Shown piece by piece: positions 1 through 12,795 of a DNA stretch of 64,000 nt. Where the stretch lies: NCBI GenBank assembly GCA_002633005.1, contig NMRA01000973.1:18864-82863 (forward strand), written 5' to 3'. Below the pieces are notes generated by a model. It was not told the origin of the DNA. It saw only the letters and a list, made by a program, of their open reading frames with translations, and ran no database searches. The position numbers and the translations under genes are program-made. Origin of the DNA: Phoronis australis (taxonomy: Eukaryota; Animalia; Phoronida). Positions within the stretch are counted from its first letter, which is position 1. Every line of letters starts with the position of its first letter.

Positions 1-182
1 GATACAGCAAACCATAGTGGCACACAGTCAGCTCAAGAACCACGGACGTCGCTGCGTCGTTTACTCATCTTCCTCACAGGTTAGCGCGGCACCTCTCGGC
101 GAGGTGAGATCGACCACAAACGAGGTGGTGTGAATATAGACCGATTAAGGCGGTAAAAAACGAAATAACTCGGGTGTGTCTT
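1..182 (-). mobile_element. Right end of a decayed Kolobok-type element in intron 2 of gene A (same insertion as 60293-61655 in gene C)
   Basis: 1-185 aligns with 61473-61659, which is the THAP-start side and terminus of the gene C intron-2 element; it ends at a degenerate TTAA. Confidence 0.6.
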
Positions 183-1102
183 CTAATTTGATTGCAACCA
201 CACAATTTTTGCGTACAAACAGTTGTGAGACAACATTCCATCAGCATCAGTTATTCTCAAACACTGCCACAAGGTGGAGCTGGTTAGCTTGTTCTATGAC
301 CTTTATTCAAAGTTGGTGTTTCCCCACGGAAGAAAGATTGGTATCATATTATACAAAATAAACACCGAAATAATTGTAAATTGCCCCAATTCTATTCAAA
401 TCTCTTGTCTCACATGCTATAGTCAAATGTTGGTTTCCGTTGTAGATCAACAAAATACTGGAACATAAAAACGCTTCGAGCTAGTAGTCGCAACCGGAAT
501 TCAATCCTCTTTTCTTGCGGAGACGGAAAAACGCATTTTATGGTTGGACTAGTTTTTTTAAAGATGAAAAAGTATGCTGCCCACATTCTTTTGTAGCGAT
601 TAGAAATGGAAATAAACGAAACTGGTAGGCGTGAATTTGTACTAGTAGCTAACTATTCTCAATATGTGAGTTTTTTTTCCAATTGTTTCGGTGATATACA
701 TGTGTGCAAAATGCGTCGACTTAGACTAATTTGAAGTTGAATTGGGTTATGGAAAGATAATTTTCATTCTTACTCAGTTATTTTTTGGGAAAACGCTACA
801 CAGTCTAACGAGCATTTGCATTTGATTGGAGAAAAACTGCTCACTCAATACGTAGATACGCTTCAAAAAGCAAGTGTTACTGTATTTACATTTATCCTAG
901 TTCTTGAACTTTTTCATCCCAAAGAGTCACTAAAACAGGAATCTCACTCACCGATAACATTTTTTCGAAGGCGTTCATCCCAGGAGTGAATTCAATCATT
1001 TATTGCTTCTACGGAACGCTTTCCAGGTTTGACGTTATACGTGTAAAACAACAGGTAAGCAATATATGCCGAAGTCAATTCACCGTTTCTTTTCTTGAAT
1101 AG

Positions 1103-1270
1103 ATTGTAAAGATGGCAGTGGTCGCATTTACAAGCGGAACGAGGAGTGGGTGGAGATGGTGGACGAGGTTACCTTTGATTGTGCGTGTAAACTCCCAATC
1201 AGGTGGTTTCGTCGTTTGCCAACAAAGCTTTACAAGAAATTCCCACCGACAGGAATCTGCAATCGACGAG
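1103..1270 (+). CDS. Gene A exon 3 of secreted Cys-rich protein; FN1/VWC-N-like module: CKDGSGRIYKRNEEWVEMVDEVTFDCACKLPIRWFRRLPTKLYKKFPPTGICNRR
   Basis: Pyrimidine tract + AG (1101-1102), GT at 1271, 168 nt, phase 1-1, open frame; homologous to 31536-31715 and 62562-62708 with only in-frame indels. Confidence 0.9.
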
Positions 1271-2254
1271 GTATACACATTTAGTCACTTAATATAATAT
1301 TTGAATGAACAGTTAATTTCTCATTGCATCACCAAACCTGGAACGTTAGAGGGTTGCGATAATTGGTCCATTATTAAGTATCAATGAGAACTTGGGGTTA
1401 TTTATTAAAAACTGCGTCCAAGAACTTAATCATCATCATCTTGAATTAACCTTTAAATATGTCACGTACGAAAAAGATAAAAACGTTCCAATAAGAACAA
1501 ATTGGAAGAATGCTTGTTATGAACGAATTTGAATAAGAATAAGATGCCTGTAGTTACGTTTTATGCTTATCCGATTACTACTTAAAAAGTTATGGAACGC
1601 AAAGCTCGCCAGAAATATCTCTTAAACAATTCGTGGCGAATGTACCATCTCGCAACGTCTAGTACAGAGTAAGGTAATTCACTGCCTCCTGTGAGGAAAT
1701 TTACACAAAAATTCCCAAAATTCACTATTTTCGAACGACGCGCGAAAGAAAAACTCTGTCTTAACCACCAAGTTTCTAATCTCCTTCTCACTGATGATCA
1801 ATGTGCGCACGCACTCAGAGTCAGTTGATTGCAGTAAAAGGTCACATTTTGCATATAAAGGAAATGTGCTACGTCCATGTCTTGCCATTCCACATAAGGG
1901 AACGAGCTTTACCTTGTGGGAGAAAAATGGACAAAGTGGCGCACAGTGGACAGATCATTTTTTGACATTTGAAACTGAAGCAATATGCTTTGATATCAAC
2001 AGAAATTAAACTTCTTCAAGAACAAACCCTAAAATTACCTGGTGTGCAGGTTTTATTCTGTTTCAGTGGAAGAGAACTACACTCAATATTGCAATTTAGT
2101 CTGTTTATCGCGTTCCAGGCCTCTCTAAGTAAACCCATACAAAATTATAAAAAGATTACTTTCTACCGATTTGGTTCGGACAGCACACAACAGTCAGTGA
2201 TCATTATGTTGCGCTAAATTATCCCTGAATTGATTATCTTGTCTTCATTTTAAG

Positions 2255-2412
2255 GTTGCGGCCGTCCACGCAATCGTCAAATGAGATACGGCGAAACGTA
2301 TTACAAGGAACGTGAGGGCGATAGATACAAGTGCACGTGCATCAAAGGGCCAGATCCACAGGTAGCGGATGACTCTTCCCATTCGCACATTAAATGTCAG
2401 GTTGTTGAGTAG
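2255..2412 (+). CDS. Gene A terminal exon 4: (G)CGRPRNRQMRYGETYYKEREGDRYKCTCIKGPDPQVADDSSHSHIKCQVVE*
   Basis: AG at 2253-2254, phase 1 compatible with exon 3, TAG 2410-2412; same 158-nt coding length and stop position in all three paralogs. Confidence 0.9.
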
Positions 2413-5039
2413 CAACCATTCCGAGTTTTCAGATTGACTTATAAAGAATGAAAAGTTATAACTAGAAAAGTGTGCTAACTATTGGGCTGTGGTCCAGTGT
2501 CTGCGAGTTTAAGAAAAAGGTGGAAAATGCCTTCCACCATCACCTTCAAGACACCTCACAATAAAAACTGTTATGCGTGTAGGTGCGACATTTCGAACGG
2601 CAGGGGCAAACGTATGTGTCTTAATTGCGCCTATCAAAATAAAAATTCTAAAGTTGGTTCAATTATTATATATGTACTTGCTAATAAGTATTGGAACAAG
2701 GAATTGCTGTTTTGCTCAATTTAAGTAACCGGGCTGCATTTGTGGCAGTGGTAAAACGGTGCCGAATATAAACAGTTGAACTCAAAGATAGCCATATATT
2801 AAAATAAACGTGTTGTTCTAAGTCAAATTAACATTCTCCAGTTTCATGAACTGAAGTTATTCGGTTTTCTTTCTTGTTTTCCACGTGCTCAGGCATACGT
2901 GTTAGGGCAGAGGATTTACATAGTGACATTCCTTATTTCGTTTTACACCATCAAAATCCACACGCTAATGACTCATCAATCTGCGTGCGCATCTCATGTA
3001 ATCTTGAAGTGAAGTTAGCAGTGAATTAGAATCATGTATTCCCAGTCGAGGCTAATGATTAGATAGACTAGCAAAACGTCTCCACTGCACCACCACTATG
3101 ACAAAAGTAAGTTCTAAATATGCGAGCAAAGGTAATGCTAAATTGACCCGATGCAAGGCGCTCAACGCTTGCTAAATAAAAACATATAAATGTACGAAAT
3201 ACACCCAACCTTGCACTAAATATTGAACACAATCGGTCCCAAGCATACTGCAAATTAGTCGGTAAACCAACGATTAAAAAAACTTATGAAAACCTCTCGA
3301 ATCAAATAATGTCATGTACCTAACGTTATCTTCATGGGAACGTCTTGAATTCAAAGATGGCAGCCTCTTTCCGGCTCACATTTTACTATCAAGCTTTTTC
3401 AAATAACATTGACACATACAAAAATGTTTGCACTGACTCTACCCTTGTGTCCCATCAACATTTCTTTCCATCTTGTATTCTTGTAGCAGAATAGAATACA
3501 ATAAAGTACAGCACAATAAAACAAAATATGTTTCATTAAAGGATCTGTAAAACATAATACAGGGAGATTAGCGTCCCTTTTAACCTCGAAATTTGTGGCC
3601 TTTTTTATTCTTATTTGGTAAGACGTCGAAACGATTTTAATTTTGTTAGGATTCTCAGTCTTCTTTGCTTCAGTATAAAACAACACGATCCTTTTGCTAT
3701 AAATATTAGTAAAGTTAAGTTTCCAAAAATCACTTTTCTAAAATTCTTTTGCCGGGGTTCGCTGGATATCATCGAACTTGAATGAATTTTTAACAGGCAT
3801 GATTTCGCTTTTAAAGTTTTTACATGCTCAATTCACATGCTACATTTATATACATCATTTATTTTAAACTCCAAATAAATTTCTCATTCTAAGAGTTGAT
3901 CATTTTTGCAGGAGTTCGTAGAAAAGGCTTTTTCACATTCTACATATATTTCCATCTTGCGGATACATGCTACGATAGCTGAACACCCTGAGTTCAGTTC
4001 TTCAATTTACATTTTGTTTCACGTTCGTGTTAAAATTGAGCTGTTGCCAAACCCATTTTTGTTACTGTAACGTGAATCAGCACGCGCAATTACATATGCG
4101 CCATAATTCATGTTCACGTCGCTTTTCGAAACCTCTTTATTATACGGAGAATTCCCGCATCAAACAAATTGTAATGAGAGATAAAATACTTTGAATCTAG
4201 TAATAAAATACAGCACAATAAGGCGTCCAGCAAAAACGGTAACAACAAAGAATACCAATGACAGACGGAAACGACAGAAAATAAATCTAGGCCTACAGTA
4301 TAGGAATTACGAGAGCACTAGAGCGAAATGCCTACAAGAACGGAAGGGAATATATAACTAGGTAACAATCTAGTAACAAACTATCCCTGTAACACGCCCA
4401 AAGGATGAAAATCCCTAAACAAATCGGATAAAAAGAAATCGAGCAGACGGCCTCCAAATTAGAAAACTCCTCGCGACATCTATAGAGTTACTTAAAGCTA
4501 ATCTATGAAAGAGAGAATACGGCAGTATGAGACAACGTCACACGACGCTTACATGTGCGACTTACTTCTTTTGCGAATTGCTATTGTGACATTGAACAAA
4601 CAAGCAGCTCAAGATGTTTCATTAGTTGAATTAATGTGTAGGAACAAGAATCGATTAGAAAATAATCGCATTCCTATTCAAAAGAGTGGAATCGAAACGA
4701 ATCGAAATCCTAAAAATTGTATATCGTTCCACCACAAGTGAGAACGCTCAACGTCTGTGAGCATCGAAGCTGTCAATCACCAGGGAGTTACTCCAGTGAT
4801 AATGGTGAAGGCTAACTTGGTCCTCTGGTTCACACTCTGACATCACTGATAGCGGCCCTTGGCGCATTATAACGGCGGTTTTGGTTGACTGTCAGCTGAC
4901 AATTTTTAGACTGGAAATTGGCGTACGGATTCAAATTAAAACCATCCGGTAAGCCAACGTCAAATCTCCAGTGAACTAACTCCAAAACTGAGAAATAGAA
5001 CTTCTATTGGAGATGTGTGGACATTCACCTGAAGTACAA

Positions 5040-6378
5040 TGACATGCATTTTAATGTAATTAAATTGATGAATAAAGTCTATTTCAGAAATCACATCTTT
5101 GTTACACTTTCACTTTTTTTACAAACAAGCGTCTTTCCAATGTTAATTCCTATTGGCTAACGCGCGTCTGACGTCACTGAGGCTGTACCGTGGGTGAAGG
5201 CAATAAGATAAATCTTATGTATGTAGCTCATTGGGTGAATGCCCCTCGGCTACAGAACTGTGCTTAATGTGTATAGTTCGTCTGTTGACTATTAGTGGAG
5301 CGATGCCCGGTTCTTGGCACGGGCCAGGAAAGGGCGTCGACTGCGTAGCCTTGCCTTGGTGCAAGCTGTATAGTAAATATAGGCGGCCGTTGTACCGACG
5401 TGTGTAAAAACTGATCAGATAAAATCTGACACAAAATCAGTGTCATTAAAAATTACGCTCTTCCTTGAGCAAACTAAATTGTTGACTGGTGTTGATAAAA
5501 TTGGCGTTCTGCCGTTCACTCTGCTGCTAAAAATTGGGTGCGCTCTTTAAGGTCGGCTTTCGGCGCTGTCACCTGTTGCCTTATTTGCCTGTTTCGTTCC
5601 CCGTGTTGTTCCTCTTCCAAGCGATCGAACTGTTCTTCGAAGTTAGTCACAACAAATTACTAGAACTGATTTCATTTTCTTACAAGTTTTTAATATTTCA
5701 ATGCCAGGAAACCGAATTTCATGAAAAATTTGCTCCCGCGAAGCTGTCATCATTTCTCGACGGATGTCGCAAAATTTTAGGAAATAGAGAGTGTTGAGCG
5801 TGCTGTTTTCTTTGTTACAAAAAGATGAGAATTATTAAATAAAATAACGTTTACTAGATTGTTTTTCACTTAAATATCAAGGTGAGTGACACCCAGATAT
5901 TTGCACTCTCCCCTGCCGGTTTAGAGCTCTACATGTTGATATAAGTTTCGCGACTAGGTGACGAGCAGAACAACCGGGGCTATGTGAAATTTCGGAGTCT
6001 CACGGAGTTCAACACAATGGTAGTGGTACCTAAATGTATTTTGAAGAAACTTTCATACAGCTAGGTGGCTGGCTAGGCGCTGGAAAGAATCAAAGTCACA
6101 GGAAAGAAAAACGCAAAAGGTTGTGAGTATGCACCTGTTGATCTGTCGACTGGTCTACGTACTCGCACGGCTAATGACCACCTTTGTGGTGCACAGCCTC
6201 AGTGACGTCACGAAAAACAACGCTTGCAGTGGGGGTTTACGAAACTAATAAATTTTTACTTTTCAAAGTAAAAAAGAAAAATACTGTGCACTATTTAGGA
6301 ATATGTGGATGTCAGTAACCAACCTTTATACTTTCAAAATTCAAATTAAAATGCTGAAACATATAGTTCAGGCCTCTT
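5040..6378. mobile_element. Decayed TIR element, possibly non-autonomous Kolobok
   Basis: Inverted subterminal motif TGACGTCACTGAGGCTGT (about 5169-5186 vs 6195-6210); right end ...CCTCT followed by TTAA; left boundary approximate. Confidence 0.35.
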
Positions 6379-6399
6379 TTAAAGAAAATGAAATTGATG

Positions 6400-6640
6400 A
6401 CGAAGACTTAGTTAACTTGTCTCTAGGAGCGACCGTTACAGCTTTTGAGGTACTGTTGAACAAGTGTGCGCCAGTAGAACGAGACTCCCATGACTTATGA
6501 TGAGTTAGTTCAAATTCTGCCAGATTACAATGTTTCTACGAAAAGACAACTCACACGGAAACCGGAATTCAGATCTTGGCGACTGCAGGCTGGGGAATCT
6601 GTCAATGAACTCATTGTGGCCTTACAGAATCATGCTGTTT
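6400..6640 (+). mobile_element. Gypsy-type LTR retrotransposon gag fragment (frameshifted)
   Basis: Translated pieces AFEVLLNKCAP / MTYDELVQIL / QAGESVNELIVALQNHA resemble Gypsy gag consensus. Confidence 0.5.
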
Positions 6641-6959
6641 GAGTAAACTATCACAAAACTTACCATAAAATGTGGGGAAGTAAGCTGGCGGGGGCGGGGA
6701 GTTGGCCAAGTAAAAGTGCTTTGTTGTAATCCCTTATTGCAGAGACTCCTGTTGTTTTGTAACGAAAGTTGACAGTTTGCTACAAAGAACAATAGTTGTG
6801 CTTCATTTCTTATTTTGAGTGTAACTTCAGATTTTTAATTCCTAAAATGTGTAAATTTTAAGATGTGGCTACAAATATATTGTTGAAATACTCTGGAGAC
6901 AGGAAAGAGACATTTTTGAATTGTGATAGAACTCGCATTCATTGATCGTACAGTAGCTA

Positions 6960-7110
6960 CAGCCACTTGTATGATATTTAGCCTTCCCGTTAAAAATACG
7001 GAGGGCACAATTATTTCACGAGGACGGGGGAATCTCCAGTCTGCCATTGACGAAACATAGTCGGAGAAGGCTGCTTCTTCTGCGTCAGGCAATACAGGTT
7101 GGCTACCTTA
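6960..7110 (-). mobile_element. pogo/Tigger transposase CENP-B-type HTH fragment
   Basis: QPVLPDAEEAAFSDYVSSMADWRFP resembles the pogo HTH consensus (LxxxEExxLxxYxxxxxxxGFP). Confidence 0.5.
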
Positions 7111-7154
7111 CATTTTGTTTGTTTTTGATTTATCCTATTATGTAGAGTTCCTCG

Positions 7155-7580
7155 GTGGTGGGCCACAGAAAACCCGTTACAACAGATCAAAACCGGGGTG
7201 GTTCGACACTATCTCTTTCCAAGAGTATTTTCGTAATATCACAGTTCCCTGAGAGCGGAAAACATTCAGCAAGAAAAGTTCTAATGACAGACAAAATGTC
7301 ATCACATCTGAGCAGGGATGTCATCGCAGAATGCAGGGCATTAAACATAGCGTTTGTTTGCTTACTCCCCAACACTACCCACGTGATCCAACCTCATGAT
7401 GTCGGGGTGTATTCCTCAGTAAAGAAGAATTGGCGTGCTCTACTAGAGTGGAAGACGTCTGTAAGAGGTCAAAAGCACTTGTGTTCCCAAGGACCAATTC
7501 ACGGCATTACTTAACACATTGATTTTCGAATGGGAGTAAAATTTTCAGAGAATTTGAAAAGTGGATTCAGAAAATCGTTC
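7155..7580 (+). mobile_element. pogo/Tigger DDE_1 transposase fragment (pseudogene)
   Basis: GGPQKTRYNRSKPGWFD (frameshifted), KVLMTDKMSSH, CLLPNTTHVIQPHDVGVYSSVKKNWR match DDE_1 motifs D-xx-SSH and LPPNTTHxxQPLDV. Confidence 0.8.
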
Positions 7581-9369
7581 TATGACCTAGTGCCACTTAG
7601 CAATGAGCCAGTTTAGGTCGTCTTCTCTGTGCCGGTCAGCACAATTTAGTTTGTCGTCCTGTTATTTACCAACAACGCCAGAAATTTGTAATATTCTTGA
7701 TCCGCTAGGTGACGCTTAGCGCCATGTCCCTAGCCAATCATAACAACGCATAGTTAGCTTAAAGGTCAGGAAGCTTGGGTGCTAGTACCGTGAGCCTGCA
7801 TGAAGTCAGTAGTCTGCAGAGCATAGTCAAGTTTACAATAACAGTATTTGGAATTTCTGGAATTCCACAGTCTACAGTACAGTGCTAGCTGGGTCATTGG
7901 GGGTCACAACTCACTGTTAACTTGTACACCTAACCAAAACAAATGGGAACTGAACGCCAGCCAGCCTGCTTGCATTGGCTTATATGCGGTTGCCAAAGCG
8001 CTTTTTATTAAAGTAATCTTCAGATGTTTTCCATTACAAATTTGTGTTCGGAATCCACTCCTAAGTAACAGTATTGAATTAAGACGAAGGACAACGTACT
8101 GCGGATCACAAAAAACGGAACAACATTTTGAAGATAACTATATAGTATCAACTACTGATCACAGACGAAATCAGGAATAAAACTGTATAAAATCCGACTT
8201 TTTCAAACTTCGAATGTATTTCTAAACTCACACGGGAAGAAAAAATGAACATAACAGTTTCTTATCGATTCTGATTTAGTCTTTCATCTGCAGTGCAAAT
8301 TTCAATGCAAGACAACCAGGCGATCGGTAATATTTCGTCTCACAGCACTGTACGTGGATCCATTTTCTGAACACAAGAGACGTGGAAAAATTTTCGAAAA
8401 ACAGCATATGAAAATTGGATCAACAACCTCTGAGTACTCCTGGTAGTCACCTAGGCTATTGGCAAATCCGATGGCAAAATGAATTCAGCCACAAACTCAG
8501 TGACTTCAAAATGAGCTATGCGCTCAAATATTGGCTTCCGGACAATCGTTAGCATAGGCCTCAACGGGGCAAACTTCAAACTTCAAGAGACGTGGAAAAA
8601 TTTTCACCAATGACGCTGATATTTGGTAGTAACAAGTCTTAGCATAGACTCTATACCACAGGATATAGGCAAATTGTGTAGTTATCTCCCCTCACTTGTA
8701 AATTGCTGATTACAGCCTGTTGTTGTGTATTTCTTATGGAGGGCTGATGCCGAAATTTAGCGCATGCGCAGTAGTGCATGTTACAAATTTCTGGCGTTGA
8801 GTAGACGTCTAAAACTAAACGAAATCCGTTATGAGACAGATTATCTATCACCAAAGAAACGAGCAAAACGTCTGAATGTGGAAGTAATTGACCTATCGCA
8901 AGCTCCGCCCCTATGCGAAAAGTCACGTGATACCCGACAATCGAAAGAGATGTCAGAGGCAAATACACTGTCACTAAACGACGTTTCTGGTGGAATCGAT
9001 GAGTGTTTTTGCACTATTTGGAAACGCTACGACAGAGACAAGAGGCGATGCTTTTCAACAGAGAATCGTACGTTCATGATATGGGAATTTGTGAAGGTGA
9101 CGATGAAAAAATAGGTGCTCGAAGAGCCAGCGAAAATCTGAAGAACCCCTCGGCCGCCTCGGGGCCACCTTCACCTGACAAATGACAAGGCCACTGATAT
9201 GATATGTTAATGTAAAGCTGAGCATGTACCTTAAAGACGAATTATCTGTACGATTACATAGATTTCATGATCTTTCGAATAAAATCAGTGAAGATTCACC
9301 GATACTTTTATTCTGTTGTCTGCTAAATTTCGCCAAATGAAAAGTAGGTCACAACTTGTGGGACTCCTG

Positions 9370-9687
9370 GGCCCGGTCTCTAATCTTTGTACTCGAAACG
9401 AACTCGAAACTATTTTTGGCAATTTCTCTGCTCCTTTTGTGTGAACTTAAGATAACTGGTTATCAGACTGTGCTCGAATACATTATAGTTTATGCATAGG
9501 AGTTTCTAGTTCAAGTTTGCCCTTGAAGACCCTTATATTCGTGCTACAAACTCGAGTATAAACTCGAAATTTCGAGTTCAAACTCGAACTTAACAGACAC
9601 TTAGCTTGAGTTCGCCCAAAACTAGAGTAGAAAATGCCAAACCTAATTTCGAGTTCCATTTCGAGTAAAAAGATTGGAGACCGGGCC
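9370..9687. mobile_element. PIF/Harbinger-type MITE
   Basis: TIR GGCCCGGTCTC(T/C)AATCTTT, CTG target; near-identical reversed copy at 40835-41235. Confidence 0.85.
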
Positions 9688-9910
9688 TGGAGTGAAGTAG
9701 GTCATAGATTACAGACAACACATGCACTACAGTTTCTGACTTGGTCGACTCGATAGCACAGTTTACGCTTTTCTAATCTTGTAACGAAATATTTTGATTA
9801 AAAAATTCAAGTTCATAGCTCAGGTACACACATATAGTCCTAGGCAAACAGTTAGCTCCGGTAGGTCTAGGGCTGTGCCGGGGGTCTAAGTCAAATTAAT
9901 GTCTGGAATT

Positions 9911-10135
9911 CAGTGGAGGATCTAGGATACCACAGGGGGGGCCCAACATATGTTGTATCGTGGAATTGGGCAAAGTGCAACTCTATGTGCTAAGGCGGCC
10001 CGAAAGTTGCAGGGGCCAGGGATGAAGAGCGTTGGACCTTCTGTTCAGAAAATCTATCAGTGGACTATAAAAAACAGGAACACGATTCCGCTGCGATCTG
10101 GGGTTTGAGCCCCCCCCCCCTCTTCCGCTACCGGT
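9911..10135. mobile_element. Short hAT-like MITE (CAGTGGCGGATC-type ends), decayed
   Basis: CAGTGGAGGATCTAGG ... C-run + TTCCGCTACCG; interrupts the left arm of the inverted duplication; TSD not resolved. Confidence 0.4.
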
Positions 10136-10769
10136 CCTAGTTACTGAACTCAATACTTCCTCACGCTTCACGCTCTTGCTGTTTTATTTTGCTTGCGGCA
10201 GCCTATGGAATTGTCCGTTTGCACCATTGAGACATTTAGATTAGGCCTACCTTCTTATGAACATGGCATTTTTTGTAGTTTCATTCCATAAAGGTAGCTT
10301 TCATTTAATTTTGAAGGTAGCATGATATCACTAAGTCGTGGTATGGTTACAAAAGATTACGAGTCTGGTGTGGTAGTTGCAAAAATAGGGTATTTACAAA
10401 AATAACTTTAATTCTTTTTTAAAGCTTCATAAATCTAAATATCATGCTTGAACAACTTCAAAATGAGCTCTGTCTAACTCCGAGTCTCCAGACATAGTGT
10501 ATACTAGAGGTACACGTCAAAAAGTAATTCAGCAGTTTATTTTTAGTGACAACAGCTCGACCAAGGCTTTGAGTTCCGGCAGTAATCCAGTGCCCTTCCC
10601 TGTGCCGATCGACAGCATCTCTGAATTTTGACCGGGAGAGAAGTTCAGTTGAACGTCAGCCTACGGTTTATGAATAACAAAAATGTACCTCTGATACGAA
10701 ACAAAATAATGTCCATTAGGTTGAAATGAATAAAAAAAATAAAATAAAAATGTCCTTGAAAACAACAAT

Positions 10770-11285
10770 TTCCGTGGACTACCGCTTGAGTGCTGAGATA
10801 CAGCAGGTGGCGAGACAAAGGCGGCCAGACGTAGGAAACTCGGGAGTCAAAATCTGAGATACATGTAGTCCTGCACCATAGCCACCAAGCTGAAGAGTGC
10901 GTATCTTGGAACTAATATATTTGTGTTTATTATAGCCTTCGAGTTATCAAGCAACATCGCTAAGTTCAGCTGCTCGTGTGGCCGTACAGTTTGATCCATA
11001 GTTTACGCTTTTCAACATCATTTTTCGGCTTAGGACATGCCAAAGATGACAGGATATTATTCTGGAGCTGCATAACGGCTGTCGGTGCCACACACGCTGT
11101 ATCAACACCGTGTCCCCATTCTTAGGGGACAATTTCTTTAGGTATAGACTAAAGTAAGTTTAACTCGTACGTGTGGTTTGCCGGGTAAAATGGCGACTTG
11201 GAAGCGCAGACGAAGTTGTGCCAGGAATGCTGCGTTCTGATTGGTCAATTAAGCCGTCCTTCATAATCCTGACGATAGGTCAATT
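10770..11285 (+). pseudogene. Relic of intron 1 of a further paralog (no exon retained)
   Basis: Aligns co-linearly with gene C intron 1, about 57410-57925. Confidence 0.65.
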
Positions 11286-11289
11286 AAAA

Positions 11290-11648
11290 GAATTAGCACA
11301 GACGATCCGAATTATACCAGTCTTGACAACGCCATGACGACCGACACAGAAGCGAACTCATGTGATGACAATCCGGAAGACAGTTTGGTTGATGACGACT
11401 CGTTAGATGGTGAACCAGCGGAGCCAGAATTGAACTCTAGTGCATCCAACATACCTATTAAACTTAACTCATGGGTAATCGTGCGCTACGCAACCCCAAC
11501 ACGACAACTTCATTATGTCGGCACGGTGGTCAGTCTGGGCGATAGTGATTCCGAATTTTCGTCTGGGTCGAATGATGATGAGGAATTTATAAAAGTTAAC
11601 CTTTTGTGTCACTCAGGTTATTCTGCTACATGTATTTTGGCACAGTAG
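11290..11648 (+). mobile_element. Probable C-terminal fragment of a pogo-type transposase (acidic stretch + small beta domain)
   Basis: Acidic tract followed by SWVIVRY...HYVGTVV...IKVNLL, a pattern seen at C-termini of invertebrate pogo transposases; recognition from memory only. Confidence 0.4.
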
Positions 11649-12199
11649 AAGTCTAGGCGTTTTCAATTTTTGAATTGAAAGTGATCGTCAAATATGCAAG
11701 TACACCGTGAGCTTCGCGCTGCGCTGCGATGCGATCTTGACATAGATTAGATGAATGTGTCATGGTTGATAACTCATCAGTATTCTATTTCATGTCATTT
11801 TATAATGCAATTGCACACTCATGCGGGCAATTTGTCACTGCACAGTGAAATCTGACCACCGTCACAGCATGAACTTTCTGGTATTACAAATTCCGTCTCA
11901 TCTCATGAACATATACATGTATCTGAGAGTCATCGTTGTGCATACAGATTTCCCTTCCTCCTAACTGAGCTGCGTCAAAGGCCTTGTCTAAAACTCTACA
12001 GTGTCCACGTTTGCAAAATACCGAAGGCCCACCGGTCCTGAATTTCTAACCACCCTCCTCAATGCTGGCTACGGTCTTGAAAAGGATATCAGGCGTCCAA
12101 TAAAAAGTCGCCTCTGCATCGACCAATTCTCTGCATGCTACTGCCCAACGGCTGAAAATATCTGTAAAGTACCTTTTATTGCATACAGAATGGTTTCAA

Positions 12200-12795
12200 A
12201 CGGTTACCTTACCGACGAAATTTCTATAAATCCGTAACACCGAAATAAAGCAACTCGTTTGTCTAAAATCTCAATGTATTTGTAAGGATTTTGCTTCAAA
12301 TTATGAAGATTTACTGGCGTAAAGCTATGAAGTCAAGCGATAGCCTGACACAAGTAAGCGTGTTGTTAACTGCTGAACAGAGTGTGTTAAAACCTATGAC
12401 GTCATTGATTAATTTCAGCACGTCCGTCTTTTGTCAAGTAATAGAACTGATCTTGCTGTTATTGAGTGGACCTACTCATCTAAATTGATACAAAAAGGTT
12501 GTTTTTGGTGGCATTCTCCTTTATTGATTTAGTGAAAATGAAGAACGTTTCTATACTGTTTCGTTTCTGATACCAATCAATAGCAACGTGTATCATTTCT
12601 ACGATACACGACTCAACTGTTTTGGCCACCGTCTTAAACGTTAAACGATCTATACTTGGTGATTCACCTCACATGAGGGCAGCGCTACCAATTGACCTAT
12701 CACCAAGATTATGACTGACCAATCAGAACGGAGCATTCTCGACTCACATTGGACTGCGTTTCCAAGCCGCTCTTTTACCCTAAAAACAACACATT
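12200..12795 (-). pseudogene. Inverted relic of an A/C-type paralog with exon 2 deleted, including the left end of the intron-2 Kolobok
   Basis: Reverse complement matches gene C 57810-57925, then 59336-59455, jumps to 60238-60292 and runs into the Kolobok terminus AGGAGAATGCCACC. Confidence 0.7.

Noticed and set aside
4170-4394. TG...CA bounded segment resembling a solo LTR
   Set aside because: No matching target-site duplication and no second copy in the window
8370-8610. 21-bp direct repeat CAAGAGACGTGGAAAAATTTT and faint MBD-like translation
   Set aside because: Similarity too weak, in-frame stops, no convincing splice sites
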